Shown: positions 35,363 through 44,794, numbered from the stretch's first letter. The stretch: DNA of 64,000 nucleotides from Desulfovibrio sp. (GCA_031548905.1 JAVBQP010000034.1:46746-110745), one strand, 5' to 3'. Numbers and translations: made by a program. The notes: generated from the letters alone by a model not told the origin.

Positions 35363-36410
35363 GGGCGCGGACGTGCCGGGCCACGGCCCCGGCCAGGGGC
35401 GGGGGCACGGCGTTGCCGATCTGCCGGGCGATCTCGATTTTGCTGCCGGTGAACCGGAAGGTATCGGGAAAGCCCATCAAACGGGCCGCTTCCCGGTGGG
35501 TGATGGGCCGATCCTGCTCGGGGTGCAGATAGCGGCCTTTTTCCGGCTTGAAGAATTCCGTCCGGATGGTCACCGAAGGCCTGTCCCACCACAGCCGGCC
35601 GAAGAGGTCCGTGCCCCCGCTGGTCTTGCGGATCCAACAGTCCGGGGTCAGGTCCGGGGCGTTGCGGTGCAGGTCGAAGCGGTTGCCGCCCGGTGGCACG
35701 GCCCGGTAGCGTTTCAGGCTTTTCTCCGTAGGGGTGCGGCCGAAGTGCAGATCCAGCGGCGGCGGCACCTCGCGCACCTCGGTTCCCTGCGGGGCGGGCA
35801 GGTCCACGATGACCTCGCGCACCGTGCGCCAGGCAGGGAGTCCGGCGCCGTTCTCGCCCGTCTGGGCGTGGGTTTTCTCGGGCGGGAAGGGCAAGGATTC
35901 GCCAAAGGTTTTCACCTTCCAGCCGAGAATAAACGCCCGGATGCGCGTTTGCGGGGCGCCGTAGTTTGCCGAGTTCAGGAGCGCGCCGGAAGTCAGAAAG
36001 CCGATCTCTTCGGCTCGCCTTTTGATCGCCTCGTGTTCCGGCGAGTTGAGCAGGCCCTGGACGTTCTCGATCACGAACACCGAGGCCCCGCACTGGGACA
36101 CGAGGTCCATATAGGGTTGCCACAAGGCGCGGCGGGCGTCGCCCACGCGCTCCTTGTTCAGGAGGCTGAACCCCTGGCAGGGTGGCCCGCCGATGACGAT
36201 ATCCGCTTGGGGGATGGAGCGCCCGCCGCCGACCCATTCCTCGATGTCGCCGCAGACCGCGTGGTCCCCGAAGTTTCGGGCGTAACTGGCCGTGGCGGCT
36301 TTGTCATGGTCGATGGCGAACACGCTTTCGAACCCGCCGCAGAAGGTCGGATCCGTAAAGCCGAGGGTCATGCCCCCGCAGCCGGAAAAGAGGTCGAAGA
36401 GTTTATACAT
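35307..36410 (-). CDS. DNA (cytosine-5)-methyltransferase
   Basis: Motif I FSGCGGMTLGF, motif IV GGPPCQGFS, motif VI ENV, motif X QIGNAVPPPLA. ATG at 36410 preferred over the TTG track start at 36479. Confidence 0.9.
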   Translation of the reverse strand: MYKLFDLFSGCGGMTLGFTDPTFCGGFESVFAIDHDKAATASYARNFGDHAVCGDIEEWVGGGRSIPQADIVIGGPPCQGFSLLNKERVGDARRALWQPYMDLVSQCGASVFVIENVQGLLNSPEHEAIKRRAEEIGFLTSGALLNSANYGAPQTRIRAFILGWKVKTFGESLPFPPEKTHAQTGENGAGLPAWRTVREVIVDLPAPQGTEVREVPPPLDLHFGRTPTEKSLKRYRAVPPGGNRFDLHRNAPDLTPDCWIRKTSGGTDLFGRLWWDRPSVTIRTEFFKPEKGRYLHPEQDRPITHREAARLMGFPDTFRFTGSKIEIARQIGNAVPPPLAGAVARHVRALMDALKAGAARRGRRCKG

Positions 36411-36457
36411 GATCGATTGGTGAGGAGGAGGGGGGGGCTTTATAGCGTGGCGGGAGG

Positions 36458-37126
36458 CTATACTTTGCTCGTATGACAAACACCGTCACACAAAATCCGC
36501 AGAAGGGATTTTATCCTGCCGGTATATTCCCGCAGCATGTTGTGCGTTATGATGATTTCACTGTGCTCTTTCAGCGCCGTACCGGGAGAAACCGCTTTGA
36601 TTTTGTTGAATACATCCGTGGTCATTCTGCTGTAGCCATGGGCAATGGCGTTTCGGAGAAACATGACCTCCATCATCCCGTTTTTCTCTTTGTAAACGCG
36701 ATCCCAACTTTGCCCGACTCCGGCAAGAAGCTTCGTTCCCCAGGCTTCTATGCCACCTTTGAGTTCCAGGGCATCAATCTGGATGTATTCGTCATCGCGA
36801 ATGCCGCGATTGAAGATATCCCATTTTTTTTCATTCATTATAAATAAAACGAGTTTTGCATGGTTCTCCATGATCGACACAGCCCGTAAGAATATCATGG
36901 AATAGAAGAATGAACCGTCCGAAAGTGTGGCGATATGGTCGGCCAGATCCGTCTCGTATTGAGAATCTCCATCGGAGAACCCAAGTTTGACATCACCGGT
37001 GATGGAGAGGGATGGGTGCCGCCACTTGTTGATTTCCGCGTCAAACGCGATACGCGCGCAATAGAGAGTTCGCATCAACGCGCGCCAATCTCTCCAAACG
37101 GGAGCCGTCACCCATTCATTGCTCAT
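36458..37126 (-). CDS. Hypothetical all-alpha protein with a HEPN-type Rx4H motif (LRNAIAHG)
   Basis: 222-aa ORF at about 45% GC against about 64% in the flanks. RNAIAH matches the HEPN Rx4-6H catalytic signature. Adjacent to tRNA-Leu and the R-M pair. Confidence 0.65.
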   Translation of the reverse strand: MSNEWVTAPVWRDWRALMRTLYCARIAFDAEINKWRHPSLSITGDVKLGFSDGDSQYETDLADHIATLSDGSFFYSMIFLRAVSIMENHAKLVLFIMNEKKWDIFNRGIRDDEYIQIDALELKGGIEAWGTKLLAGVGQSWDRVYKEKNGMMEVMFLRNAIAHGYSRMTTDVFNKIKAVSPGTALKEHSEIIITHNMLREYTGRIKSLLRILCDGVCHTSKV

Positions 37127-37143
37127 GACTTTTCCTTGGCAGA

Positions 37144-37231
37144 TGGTGCCGGAGGCGGGATTTGAACCCGCACGACCATTTCTGATCTGGGGGTTTTAAG
37201 CCCCCTGTGTCTACCATTCCACCACTCCGGC
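37144..37231 (-). tRNA. tRNA-Leu (anticodon UAA)
   Basis: Reverse complement: GCCGGAGTGGTGGAATGGTAGACACAGGGGGCTTAAAACCCCCAGATCAGAAATGGTCGTGCGGGTTCAAATCCCGCCTCCGGCACCA. 7-bp acceptor stem, anticodon loop CTTAAAA, long variable arm, T-loop TTCAAAT, encoded CCA. Confidence 0.9.
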
Positions 37232-37311
37232 GTATTCGCGGCGTCGATGACTCGTCGCCCCGGGGGATGTGGTATATCAAGGCTCCGGTGCTTGTGCAAT
37301 TCCTTGAGGCG

Positions 37312-37803
37312 TCACGGTCCCTCCAAATACATCACCACATCCACGTAAAACCAGGGGATTTCTCCCCATCTCTCCCGTGTCGTCCCCCCCAACGTCTCGC
37401 CGCTGCTCATGCCGATGGAGAGTTTCGGGTCGGCCGGACCATCCGGGCCGAGGGGGCGGTGGTGGGGCAGGGCGCCGTCATGTCGGGCGCCCGGCGCTTC
37501 CGGCCAATTTTCCCAACCGCAGCAGTTGCGGCGCAGCCGGGCCATACCGGAGGCGCGGACGAAATAGTCCTCCACCCCGGCCGCATAGGCACCCGCCACG
37601 CGATAGCGGGCCTCAAGCACCCGCAATTGGGCCTCGTTGCTTGGAGCGCATTCGAGGAACTCCAGGTGGGCGGGCTTGGCCCCGATTTCCGCGAGGAAGT
37701 CGCCGCAGGGGGGCGGCTCCGCCCACGCGGGAAGCGCGGGCAGAGCGAGGAAGAGGAGCGCCGCCAAGGCGCGGGCGAGCCCCCGGCGGGCGCGTGGGAT
37801 CAC
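37312..37803 (-). CDS. Hypothetical secreted protein
   Basis: Signal peptide LAALLFLALPALPAWA. 163 aa, overlapping the upstream gene by 4 nt. Confidence 0.6.
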   Translation of the reverse strand: MIPRARRGLARALAALLFLALPALPAWAEPPPCGDFLAEIGAKPAHLEFLECAPSNEAQLRVLEARYRVAGAYAAGVEDYFVRASGMARLRRNCCGWENWPEAPGARHDGALPHHRPLGPDGPADPKLSIGMSSGETLGGTTRERWGEIPWFYVDVVMYLEGP

Positions 37804-38195
37804 CGGCGGCCCGCGTTGCGCAGGGCTTCACCCAAGGGGCCGGCCGGGGGCAGGCCCAGGCAGGATTCCTTCATGGCGCCGTTGCTCAGGGTGTACAGGT
37901 GGATCGAGTCCAGGCTCTTGGCCACAAAGAGCAGCCGGCCTTCGACATGGGCGTCCATCTGGGGCAGCAGCCCCCGGCAGATGGTGTGGAACACGTCCTC
38001 GCCGTATTCGGGCAAAACGCATTGGGCGTGCAGGGTGTCGCCCTGGGGCTCAAAGTGGATGTACTCGCCCCCGGCTTCGGCAAATACGCCGTCAGCAAGG
38101 ATTTTCAGGGCTTCTTCGCGCTCCATAAGTTCGTCGTAGCTCAGATCCTGGCCGTAGACGAAATGGGCGAACATTTCACAGACAGGTTGCGGCAT
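37800..38195 (-). CDS. Hypothetical protein
   Basis: 131 aa. ATG at 38195 with a GGAGA Shine-Dalgarno. GC3-rich coding bias. No family recognised. Confidence 0.55.
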   Translation of the reverse strand: MPQPVCEMFAHFVYGQDLSYDELMEREEALKILADGVFAEAGGEYIHFEPQGDTLHAQCVLPEYGEDVFHTICRGLLPQMDAHVEGRLLFVAKSLDSIHLYTLSNGAMKESCLGLPPAGPLGEALRNAGRR

Positions 38196-38337
38196 GGGAA
38201 TCTCCAGCGGAAAAAGTCGTCGTCCGCCACTGTATACCCCGGCCCGGTCCTTCCGTCAAAAGGGTGGACACGCGCACGCGGCCGAAGTATCGTTTCAACC
38301 CGTCCGCCAACCTCAAACAGCCTTTCGGCCCATCCGC

Positions 38338-40614
38338 ATGATCGATTACGCCCGCGAACTCAACCCGGCCCAGCTTGCAGCCGTCGAACGCCTGGAAGGC
38401 CCCGTGCTGGTGGTGGCCGGCGCGGGTTCCGGCAAGACCCGGACCATTGTGTTCCGCTTGGCCCGGCTGCTGGAAACCGGGGTCCCTGCCTCGTCCATCC
38501 TGCTGCTGACCTTCACCCGCAAGGCCGCCCAGGAAATGCTCGAGCGGGCCCGCAGGCTTCTGTCCGGCGAGGCCCACGCGGATCGCCGGGCCGTGGACGG
38601 CGTCACGGGCGGCACCTTCCACGCCTTCGCCTACTCCGTGCTCCGGGTATTCCCGCCGGAAGGTTTCGCCCGTCTCCCCTCGATCATGGACGGCGCGGAC
38701 ATGCCGGCCGCCCTGCAGCAGTGCCGGGAAGCTTCGGGCATGGGCAAGAAGGATAAAAGTTTTCCCCGCAACCAGACGATTCTCGGCTTTTTGAGCAAGT
38801 GCCGCAACAAGGAACTGCCCTTGGAGGAAATCCTCCGGCGCGAGGCCTTCCACCTGCTGCCCCACCTGGACGCCATGAACGAACTGGGCGCGGCCTACAC
38901 GACTTTTAAGCGGGAAAAGGCCCTGCTGGACTACGACGACCTGCTCTTCGAGCTGGAGCGCGCCTTGGTCGAGCGGCCGGAGGTCGCCGCCTGGTGCCGC
39001 GCCCGCTACCGCTACCTGATGGTGGACGAGTACCAGGACACCAACCCGGTCCAGGCCCGGATCGCGGCCCTGGTCGCCGGCGCGGAGCGGCCCAACCTGA
39101 TGGTTGTGGGTGACGACGCCCAGTCCATCTACGCCTTTCGCGGCGCGGACGTGCGCAACATCCTGCGCTTTCCCGAGGAATTCCCCGGCGCGGCGGTGAT
39201 CCGCCTGGAGGAAAACTACCGCTCGATCCAACCCGTGCTGGATCTTTCCAACGCCGTGCTGGAACACGCGGCCGAGGGTTTCAAGAAGCACCTCTTCACC
39301 AACCGGGTGGGCGGGGCCAAGCCGAACGTGATTCGCCCCCTGTCGGATCGTTCCCAGGCCGGCATCGCCGTAAACCGGATTGTGGAACTGTTGCGCCGCT
39401 ATCCGGCCGACGAGATCGCCGTGCTCTTCCGCTCGGGTTTCCACTCCTACCATCTGGAACTGGAACTGAACAAAATCGGCCTGCGCTTCCGCAAGTACGG
39501 GGGCATCCGCTATGCCGAAGCCGCCCACGTCAAGGACGTGATCAGCTACGTGCGCCTGTTGCAGAACCCCCTCGATTATCCGGCCTTCGCCCGCATTGCC
39601 GGGCTGGCCGCCGGGGTGGGGCCGAAAACCTGCCTCAAGCTTTACAATCTGCTGGCCGCCGGCGACCGTGAAGGTCTGGCCGCCGGGCTGAAGCGCTTCC
39701 CGGATCTCTCCGCCGACCTGACCTTCATCGACGAGTTGCGGGCCATGCCGGACACCCCCGGCCGCGTTCTGGACAAGGCCGTCCGCCATTACCAGCCGCG
39801 CCTGGAAGCGAATTTTCCGGACGACCACCCCAAACGTCTGCAAGGCTTGGAGCAGTTGGTGGGCATCGCTTCGTCCTACACGGACCTGGATCTGTTCACG
39901 GCCGACCTCTCCCTGGACGAGCCCCTGCACAAGGACGAGGAGCGCGAGGGCATCGTGCTTTCAACCGTCCACTCGGCCAAGGGCCTGGAATGGAAGGCCG
40001 TGCTTATTCTCGACCTTGTGGAAGAGCGCTTCCCCTCCCGTCACTCCCTGGCCCGGAGCGAGGATTTTGAGGAAGAGCGCCGGCTCATGTACGTGGCCTG
40101 CACCCGGGCGGCCGAGCACCTGGATCTTCTTGTGCCGGCAAGCATCTACGACCGCTCCGGGGGCGGCGCCATGCCGGCCGTGCCCAGCCCCTTCGTGCGC
40201 GAGATTCCGCCCGATTTGTATACGGAATGGCGGGAGACGTACTCCGGCACCCTGGTGGAGGCCTCGCGGGCCTCGACCGCCGACGCATTTCGGGAAAGCC
40301 GGCCGGCAAGCCCCGGCCGGGGCGCGGCCGCGTACGCGGCGGATGCTATGGAACGTTTGCGCGCGGCCCAGGCCGGGAACGACGCCTCGCGCTTTGCGCC
40401 CCCGTTGGACGATGATGACGGGCCGGGCATGGCCTCGGTCATCAGCCGGCCGGGCGGCCCCGCCCTGCCGCCGGAAGCCTGCGGCTTTTGCCGGCACAAG
40501 GTTTTCGGCCGGGGCAAGATCGTCCAGTTCCTGCCCCCGGACAAGTACCGGGTGAACTTTCCCGGTGTGGGCCTGAAAGTGATCATGGCCGCTTACCTGA
40601 CAATGGAGACGTGA
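38338..40614 (+). CDS. ATP-dependent DNA helicase, UvrD/PcrA/Rep family
   Basis: ATG at 38338 gives MIDYARELNPAQLAAVE..GPVLVVAGAGSGKT. Motifs DEYQDTN, TVHSAKGLEW and YVACTRA, plus a C-terminal Tudor-like GRGKIVQF. Confidence 0.9.
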   Translation: MIDYARELNPAQLAAVERLEGPVLVVAGAGSGKTRTIVFRLARLLETGVPASSILLLTFTRKAAQEMLERARRLLSGEAHADRRAVDGVTGGTFHAFAYSVLRVFPPEGFARLPSIMDGADMPAALQQCREASGMGKKDKSFPRNQTILGFLSKCRNKELPLEEILRREAFHLLPHLDAMNELGAAYTTFKREKALLDYDDLLFELERALVERPEVAAWCRARYRYLMVDEYQDTNPVQARIAALVAGAERPNLMVVGDDAQSIYAFRGADVRNILRFPEEFPGAAVIRLEENYRSIQPVLDLSNAVLEHAAEGFKKHLFTNRVGGAKPNVIRPLSDRSQAGIAVNRIVELLRRYPADEIAVLFRSGFHSYHLELELNKIGLRFRKYGGIRYAEAAHVKDVISYVRLLQNPLDYPAFARIAGLAAGVGPKTCLKLYNLLAAGDREGLAAGLKRFPDLSADLTFIDELRAMPDTPGRVLDKAVRHYQPRLEANFPDDHPKRLQGLEQLVGIASSYTDLDLFTADLSLDEPLHKDEEREGIVLSTVHSAKGLEWKAVLILDLVEERFPSRHSLARSEDFEEERRLMYVACTRAAEHLDLLVPASIYDRSGGGAMPAVPSPFVREIPPDLYTEWRETYSGTLVEASRASTADAFRESRPASPGRGAAAYAADAMERLRAAQAGNDASRFAPPLDDDDGPGMASVISRPGGPALPPEACGFCRHKVFGRGKIVQFLPPDKYRVNFPGVGLKVIMAAYLTMET

Positions 40615-40617
40615 GGC

Positions 40618-42255
40618 ATGGAAAATGCCGCCGGATGCCCTGAGTGTTGGACGGCCCGCGCCGCCCACGATCGTCCTTCTTCGGAAGACGACTGCCTGAA
40701 ACTGATCGATCGCTTCTTCCCCCGCGACGGGGCGCACATCGCCCTCGGCCGGGGCGACGACTGCGCCGAGCTGCGTATGCCCGGGGCGGTCGCCCTCTCC
40801 ACCGATGCTTTCATGGAGGGCTCGCACTTCCGGCGGGAGTACTTCACCCCGGAGGAAGCCGGAGCCAAGGCCCTGGCCACGGCCGTGAGCGATTTGGCCG
40901 GGGCCGGGGCCGAGCCTTTGGGTTTTTCCCTGGGCTTGCTGCTGCCGCCGGATCTACCCGCAAGCGCCTTGGAGGGCATCTTTTCCGGTATGGCGGGCGT
41001 GGCCGGGCGCTGCGGCATTCCCCTGACCGGCGGGGATATCTCCCGCTCGGATCGCCTGGGTTTCTGCTTGACCGTATGGGGCGCAAGCGCCGGGAAAGGG
41101 GCCCCCTTCCTGCGCCGCGCCCAGGCGGAGCCGGGGGACGTGATTTTTCTTATCGGCTCCTCTGGCCTGGCCCACGCCGGGCTTCTGAGCCTGGAAGATA
41201 TGGGGCGTAAGGCCTTGGCGCGGTATCCCCACGCCTGCGCGGCCCACCTCGCGCCCGCGCCGCTTCTGGCCGAGGGCGCGGCCCTTGCCGAGGCCCGGCG
41301 CGAGTCCGGCTGCCGGCTCGGGCTGATGGACCTGTCCGACGGTCTGGTTCGCGACCTGCCGCGCCTGTTGGGCGACCTCGGCGCGGACCTGGACCCGGAC
41401 CCGGATCTGCTCCACCCGGAACTGCGGGCCGTGGCCGAGCGGTACGGCCGGGATGCCGAGGAGATTTTCCTTCTGGGCGGGGAGGATTACGCCCTGGTCG
41501 GCACCTGCGCCCAGGACGCTTTCCCCCTGGTCTTGCGGGCCGCGCCCCGCGCCGTCCGCCTGGGCGCCGTACGCTCGGAAGCGGGGCTGCTCGTGCGCGG
41601 GAAATCACTGTTTCTGAAAGGATTCGACCATCTGGCCGGGGACGGTTCCGGCGCGGAACTCGACGCGGTCGTCCGCAAGGCGGCCGGCCGGCTCATCCGC
41701 TTATGCGGCGATGCCTGGCGGGCCGGGCTGCTCCCCGGCTTCAGCGGCAATGCCTCAATGCGCGCGGCGCTGCCCGGCGGCGGGGAGGGCTGCCTGGTCA
41801 CCCGTTCCGGGGCCGCCAAGGGCGCGCTGTCCGCGAGTGACTTCGCCCTGTTGGATGTGCCCGACGGCCGGTTGCTGCGCGGGGCGAAGCCCTCCAGCGA
41901 GGCTGGGTTGCACTTGGCTTTGTACCGGGTCCGCCCGGAAACGCGGATTATTCTGCACACGCATCCGCCGTATCTGAGCGCCCTGAGCCTGGCGCTGTCG
42001 CCGGAAAAACGTCTGCGTGTTCCCCTGTTTGAAAGCGCGGTCTACCGGGAAAAACTCGCCTGGGTGCCGGATCTGCCCCCCGGCACGGACGATCTGGCCG
42101 AGGCGGCCGCCCTTCTGGCGGAGCGTCCCGCCCTGTGGCTGGAACGCCACGGCCTGTGCGTCCACGGGGCCGACCCGGCCGAGTGCCTGGCCCTGACCGA
42201 GGAGCTGGAGCACTTGGCGCATGTGCAGTTGCTCATGCTCCGAGCCCTCACCTGA
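40618..42255 (+). CDS. thiL: Thiamine-monophosphate kinase (ThiL) fused to a class II aldolase/adducin-family domain
   Basis: N-terminal about 320 aa: GDDCAEL, STDAFMEGSHF, and a PurM-like fold. C-terminal about 200 aa: aldolase-II pattern (ILHTHPPYLSALS, GHGLCVHG-like). Confidence 0.8.
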   Translation: MENAAGCPECWTARAAHDRPSSEDDCLKLIDRFFPRDGAHIALGRGDDCAELRMPGAVALSTDAFMEGSHFRREYFTPEEAGAKALATAVSDLAGAGAEPLGFSLGLLLPPDLPASALEGIFSGMAGVAGRCGIPLTGGDISRSDRLGFCLTVWGASAGKGAPFLRRAQAEPGDVIFLIGSSGLAHAGLLSLEDMGRKALARYPHACAAHLAPAPLLAEGAALAEARRESGCRLGLMDLSDGLVRDLPRLLGDLGADLDPDPDLLHPELRAVAERYGRDAEEIFLLGGEDYALVGTCAQDAFPLVLRAAPRAVRLGAVRSEAGLLVRGKSLFLKGFDHLAGDGSGAELDAVVRKAAGRLIRLCGDAWRAGLLPGFSGNASMRAALPGGGEGCLVTRSGAAKGALSASDFALLDVPDGRLLRGAKPSSEAGLHLALYRVRPETRIILHTHPPYLSALSLALSPEKRLRVPLFESAVYREKLAWVPDLPPGTDDLAEAAALLAERPALWLERHGLCVHGADPAECLALTEELEHLAHVQLLMLRALT

Positions 42256-42696
42256 GCAGTGCCGCCGCGAGGCGGCTTCGACCGAAGAGCGCAATGAGTT
42301 GATAGGCCACCTTCGGCTCAATCGCCTGCGTTCCGACAGAAAATAATCCCCGCTCCTGTGGCGGCACCGCCTTATTCAGATCACTCCGCTTATAATTTTT
42401 CGAGTTCGTCATTTTCCCGAAAAAGCGCATCCGAGGCGTACTCCGTCGACTTGCCGGGGCGGAATGGCTTTATACCATGTCCGGTATCGACTTGCCGGCC
42501 ACCCTTGTCGACCTGTATATCCCAACTATGATAGGTGTTGTTTTTTTACGAAAAAAGATGCACGAGATAAATTGATAAGCAGAAACAGCGTCATGCGCGA
42601 AGGAGGGAAGGCCGAGAACAGGTTTATGCTGTCGAAATGGGGCGTATCCCCGAAAACACCGTACAACTTGGTAGATAGAATTTTTATGGAGAGCCC

Positions 42697-43170
42697 ATGC
42701 AAGGAAACGGTACCAAAGCCGGACGCGGCCGGCTCGTTCTCTTCCTGACCTTCGTGGTCGGTATGCTCGCTATGGCGGGCGCGGGCTTTGCCGTGAAGGG
42801 AACCGATCAGGCCGCCTTTTGCGCAAACTGCCACGCCATGTCCGAAGCCGTCTGGACGCACAGCCGCAGCGTCCACGCAAAGCTGGACTGCAACGAATGC
42901 CACACGCCGCACAATCTTGTCGAAAAACTGCCGTTTAAAACGGCCATAGGACTTCACGACATCCGGGTGAACACCTTTGAGAATATCGTGGATCGCATCC
43001 ATGCCTCCAAAGACACCAAGGACGTCGTCCAGGCCAACTGTCGTCGCTGCCACTATTCGACGACTATGGATGTGGCCATGGATGTGAAGCCCTATTGCAC
43101 CGACTGCCACCGCAGCGTGCCGCACAACAACAAACTTCCCATAAGCAGGAGGAAGGCCGCCGATGTCTAG
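42697..43170 (+). CDS. nrfH: Cytochrome c nitrite reductase small subunit NrfH (NapC/NirT tetraheme)
   Basis: N-terminal anchor plus four CxxCH motifs (CANCH, CNECH, CRRCH, CTDCH). Confidence 0.9.
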   Translation: MQGNGTKAGRGRLVLFLTFVVGMLAMAGAGFAVKGTDQAAFCANCHAMSEAVWTHSRSVHAKLDCNECHTPHNLVEKLPFKTAIGLHDIRVNTFENIVDRIHASKDTKDVVQANCRRCHYSTTMDVAMDVKPYCTDCHRSVPHNNKLPISRRKAADV

Positions 43171-44794
43171 ACCCATCCTGATTCTGGCCGCCGTTTGCGC
43201 CCTGGGCCTGGGCGCCGCCGGTTGTTCCAACCAGGCGGAAGAACCCGTCACCCCCACTTACAAGACGGGGCTGAAAGCTTCCGAGCGCAGCAACGCGGAA
43301 TTCGGCAAGGTTTTTCCCCAGCAGTACGACAGCTACCTCAAAAACAACCAGACCGGCCTGGAGACTCAAACCCGTTTCAAGGCCGCGTTCCCCTTCCATA
43401 AAAACGACGACAAGAACGATCCCCCCACGGGCAAGCCCGATGCGTCCCAGCCGTACCTGAAAAACCTCTGGGCCGGCTATCCCTTCATGTACGAGTACAA
43501 CGAAGCCCGCGGGCACACCTATGCGGTGCAGGACATCCTGAGCATCGACCGAATCAACAACTACAGCGACAAGGCCGGCCTGCCCGCCACCTGCTGGAAC
43601 TGCAAAGTCCCGACCATCCCCGACTGGGTGGCCCAGTATGGCGACGACAAGTTCTGGTCCATGAACTTCCACGACTTCCGCTCGACCGACAAGATCGACA
43701 TGAAGAACAATACAATCGGTTGCGCCAACTGTCACAACCCTGAAGACATGACCCTGGCGATCACGAGCATTCCGCTCAACGACGCTATGCAGCGCAAGGG
43801 GATGGACTGGAAGACTTTGAGCCGCAACGATAAGCGCGCATTTGTCTGCGGCCAGTGCCACGTGGAATACTACTTCTCCGAGCCGGACCACGGCCCGAAT
43901 AAAAAGCCCGTGTTCCCCTGGGACAACAACACCGAAGAAGAGCAGCCCGGCACCACGCCGACCGCGGCCCGGCAGATCTGGGGCAACGGCCTGGATCCTG
44001 AGCAAATCTACGAATACTACGTGGACAAGGGCCCCAAGAAGGAAGACGGCACGTACGCCTCCTTCGCCGACTGGGTGCACCCCGTGTCGCAGACCCGGAT
44101 GCTCAAGGCTCAGCACCCCGAGTTCGAAACCTGGTATAACGGCCCGCACGGTTCGGCCGGCGTGACCTGCGCCGATTGCCACATGCCCTACCAGCGGCTT
44201 GACGGCAAGAAGAAGGTCTCGCAGCACCAGTGGACGTCGCCCCTGCGCACCGACGAGCGCATCGACAACGCCTGCCGGCAGTGCCACACCGACAAGACCG
44301 TGGAATACCTGCGCAACCGCGTCCAGACCACCCAGAAGAAGGCCTACGACCAACTCATGATCGCCCAGGACATCTCCGTCAAGGCGCATGAAGCCGTGCG
44401 CCGGGCCTCCGAGTGGAGCGGCGAACGCGCCGCGAATTATGACGCCCTGATGGCCGAAGCCCGCGAATACGTCCGCAAGGGCCAGTTCTTCTGGGATTAC
44501 GTCTCGGCCGAGAACTCCGTGGGCTTCCACAACCCGGTCAAGACCCTGAACACCCTGGCGATGTCGCAGCAGTGCAGCCAGAAGGCCGTGGAATTGGCCT
44601 ACCAGGCTTCGAACTACGGCTTCGCGGCCGAGATGGACTCCACCCCGATCAAGGAGTTGGTGCCGCCCATCCTTGAGTGGAGCCGCGAAATGCAGATGAA
44701 CCCGGCCAATCTGGAAACCAACGTCTGGCTGAAGTACCTGAAGCCCCTGCCCGAAACCAAGCGGGTCTGGGATCTGCAGACCAAACTGCAGTAA
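43163..44794 (+). CDS. nrfA: Ammonia-forming cytochrome c nitrite reductase NrfA (pentaheme)
   Basis: Diagnostic CxxCK (CWNCK) plus four CxxCH motifs (CANCH, CGQCH, CADCH, CRQCH). Overlaps nrfH by 8 nt. Confidence 0.95.
   Translation: MSRPILILAAVCALGLGAAGCSNQAEEPVTPTYKTGLKASERSNAEFGKVFPQQYDSYLKNNQTGLETQTRFKAAFPFHKNDDKNDPPTGKPDASQPYLKNLWAGYPFMYEYNEARGHTYAVQDILSIDRINNYSDKAGLPATCWNCKVPTIPDWVAQYGDDKFWSMNFHDFRSTDKIDMKNNTIGCANCHNPEDMTLAITSIPLNDAMQRKGMDWKTLSRNDKRAFVCGQCHVEYYFSEPDHGPNKKPVFPWDNNTEEEQPGTTPTAARQIWGNGLDPEQIYEYYVDKGPKKEDGTYASFADWVHPVSQTRMLKAQHPEFETWYNGPHGSAGVTCADCHMPYQRLDGKKKVSQHQWTSPLRTDERIDNACRQCHTDKTVEYLRNRVQTTQKKAYDQLMIAQDISVKAHEAVRRASEWSGERAANYDALMAEAREYVRKGQFFWDYVSAENSVGFHNPVKTLNTLAMSQQCSQKAVELAYQASNYGFAAEMDSTPIKELVPPILEWSREMQMNPANLETNVWLKYLKPLPETKRVWDLQTKLQ

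Noticed and set aside
42248-42430. 60-aa minus-strand ORF in the low-GC thiL-nrfH spacer.
   Set aside because: It has no Shine-Dalgarno, no homology that I recognise and atypical codon bias. The region is more likely a regulatory leader.
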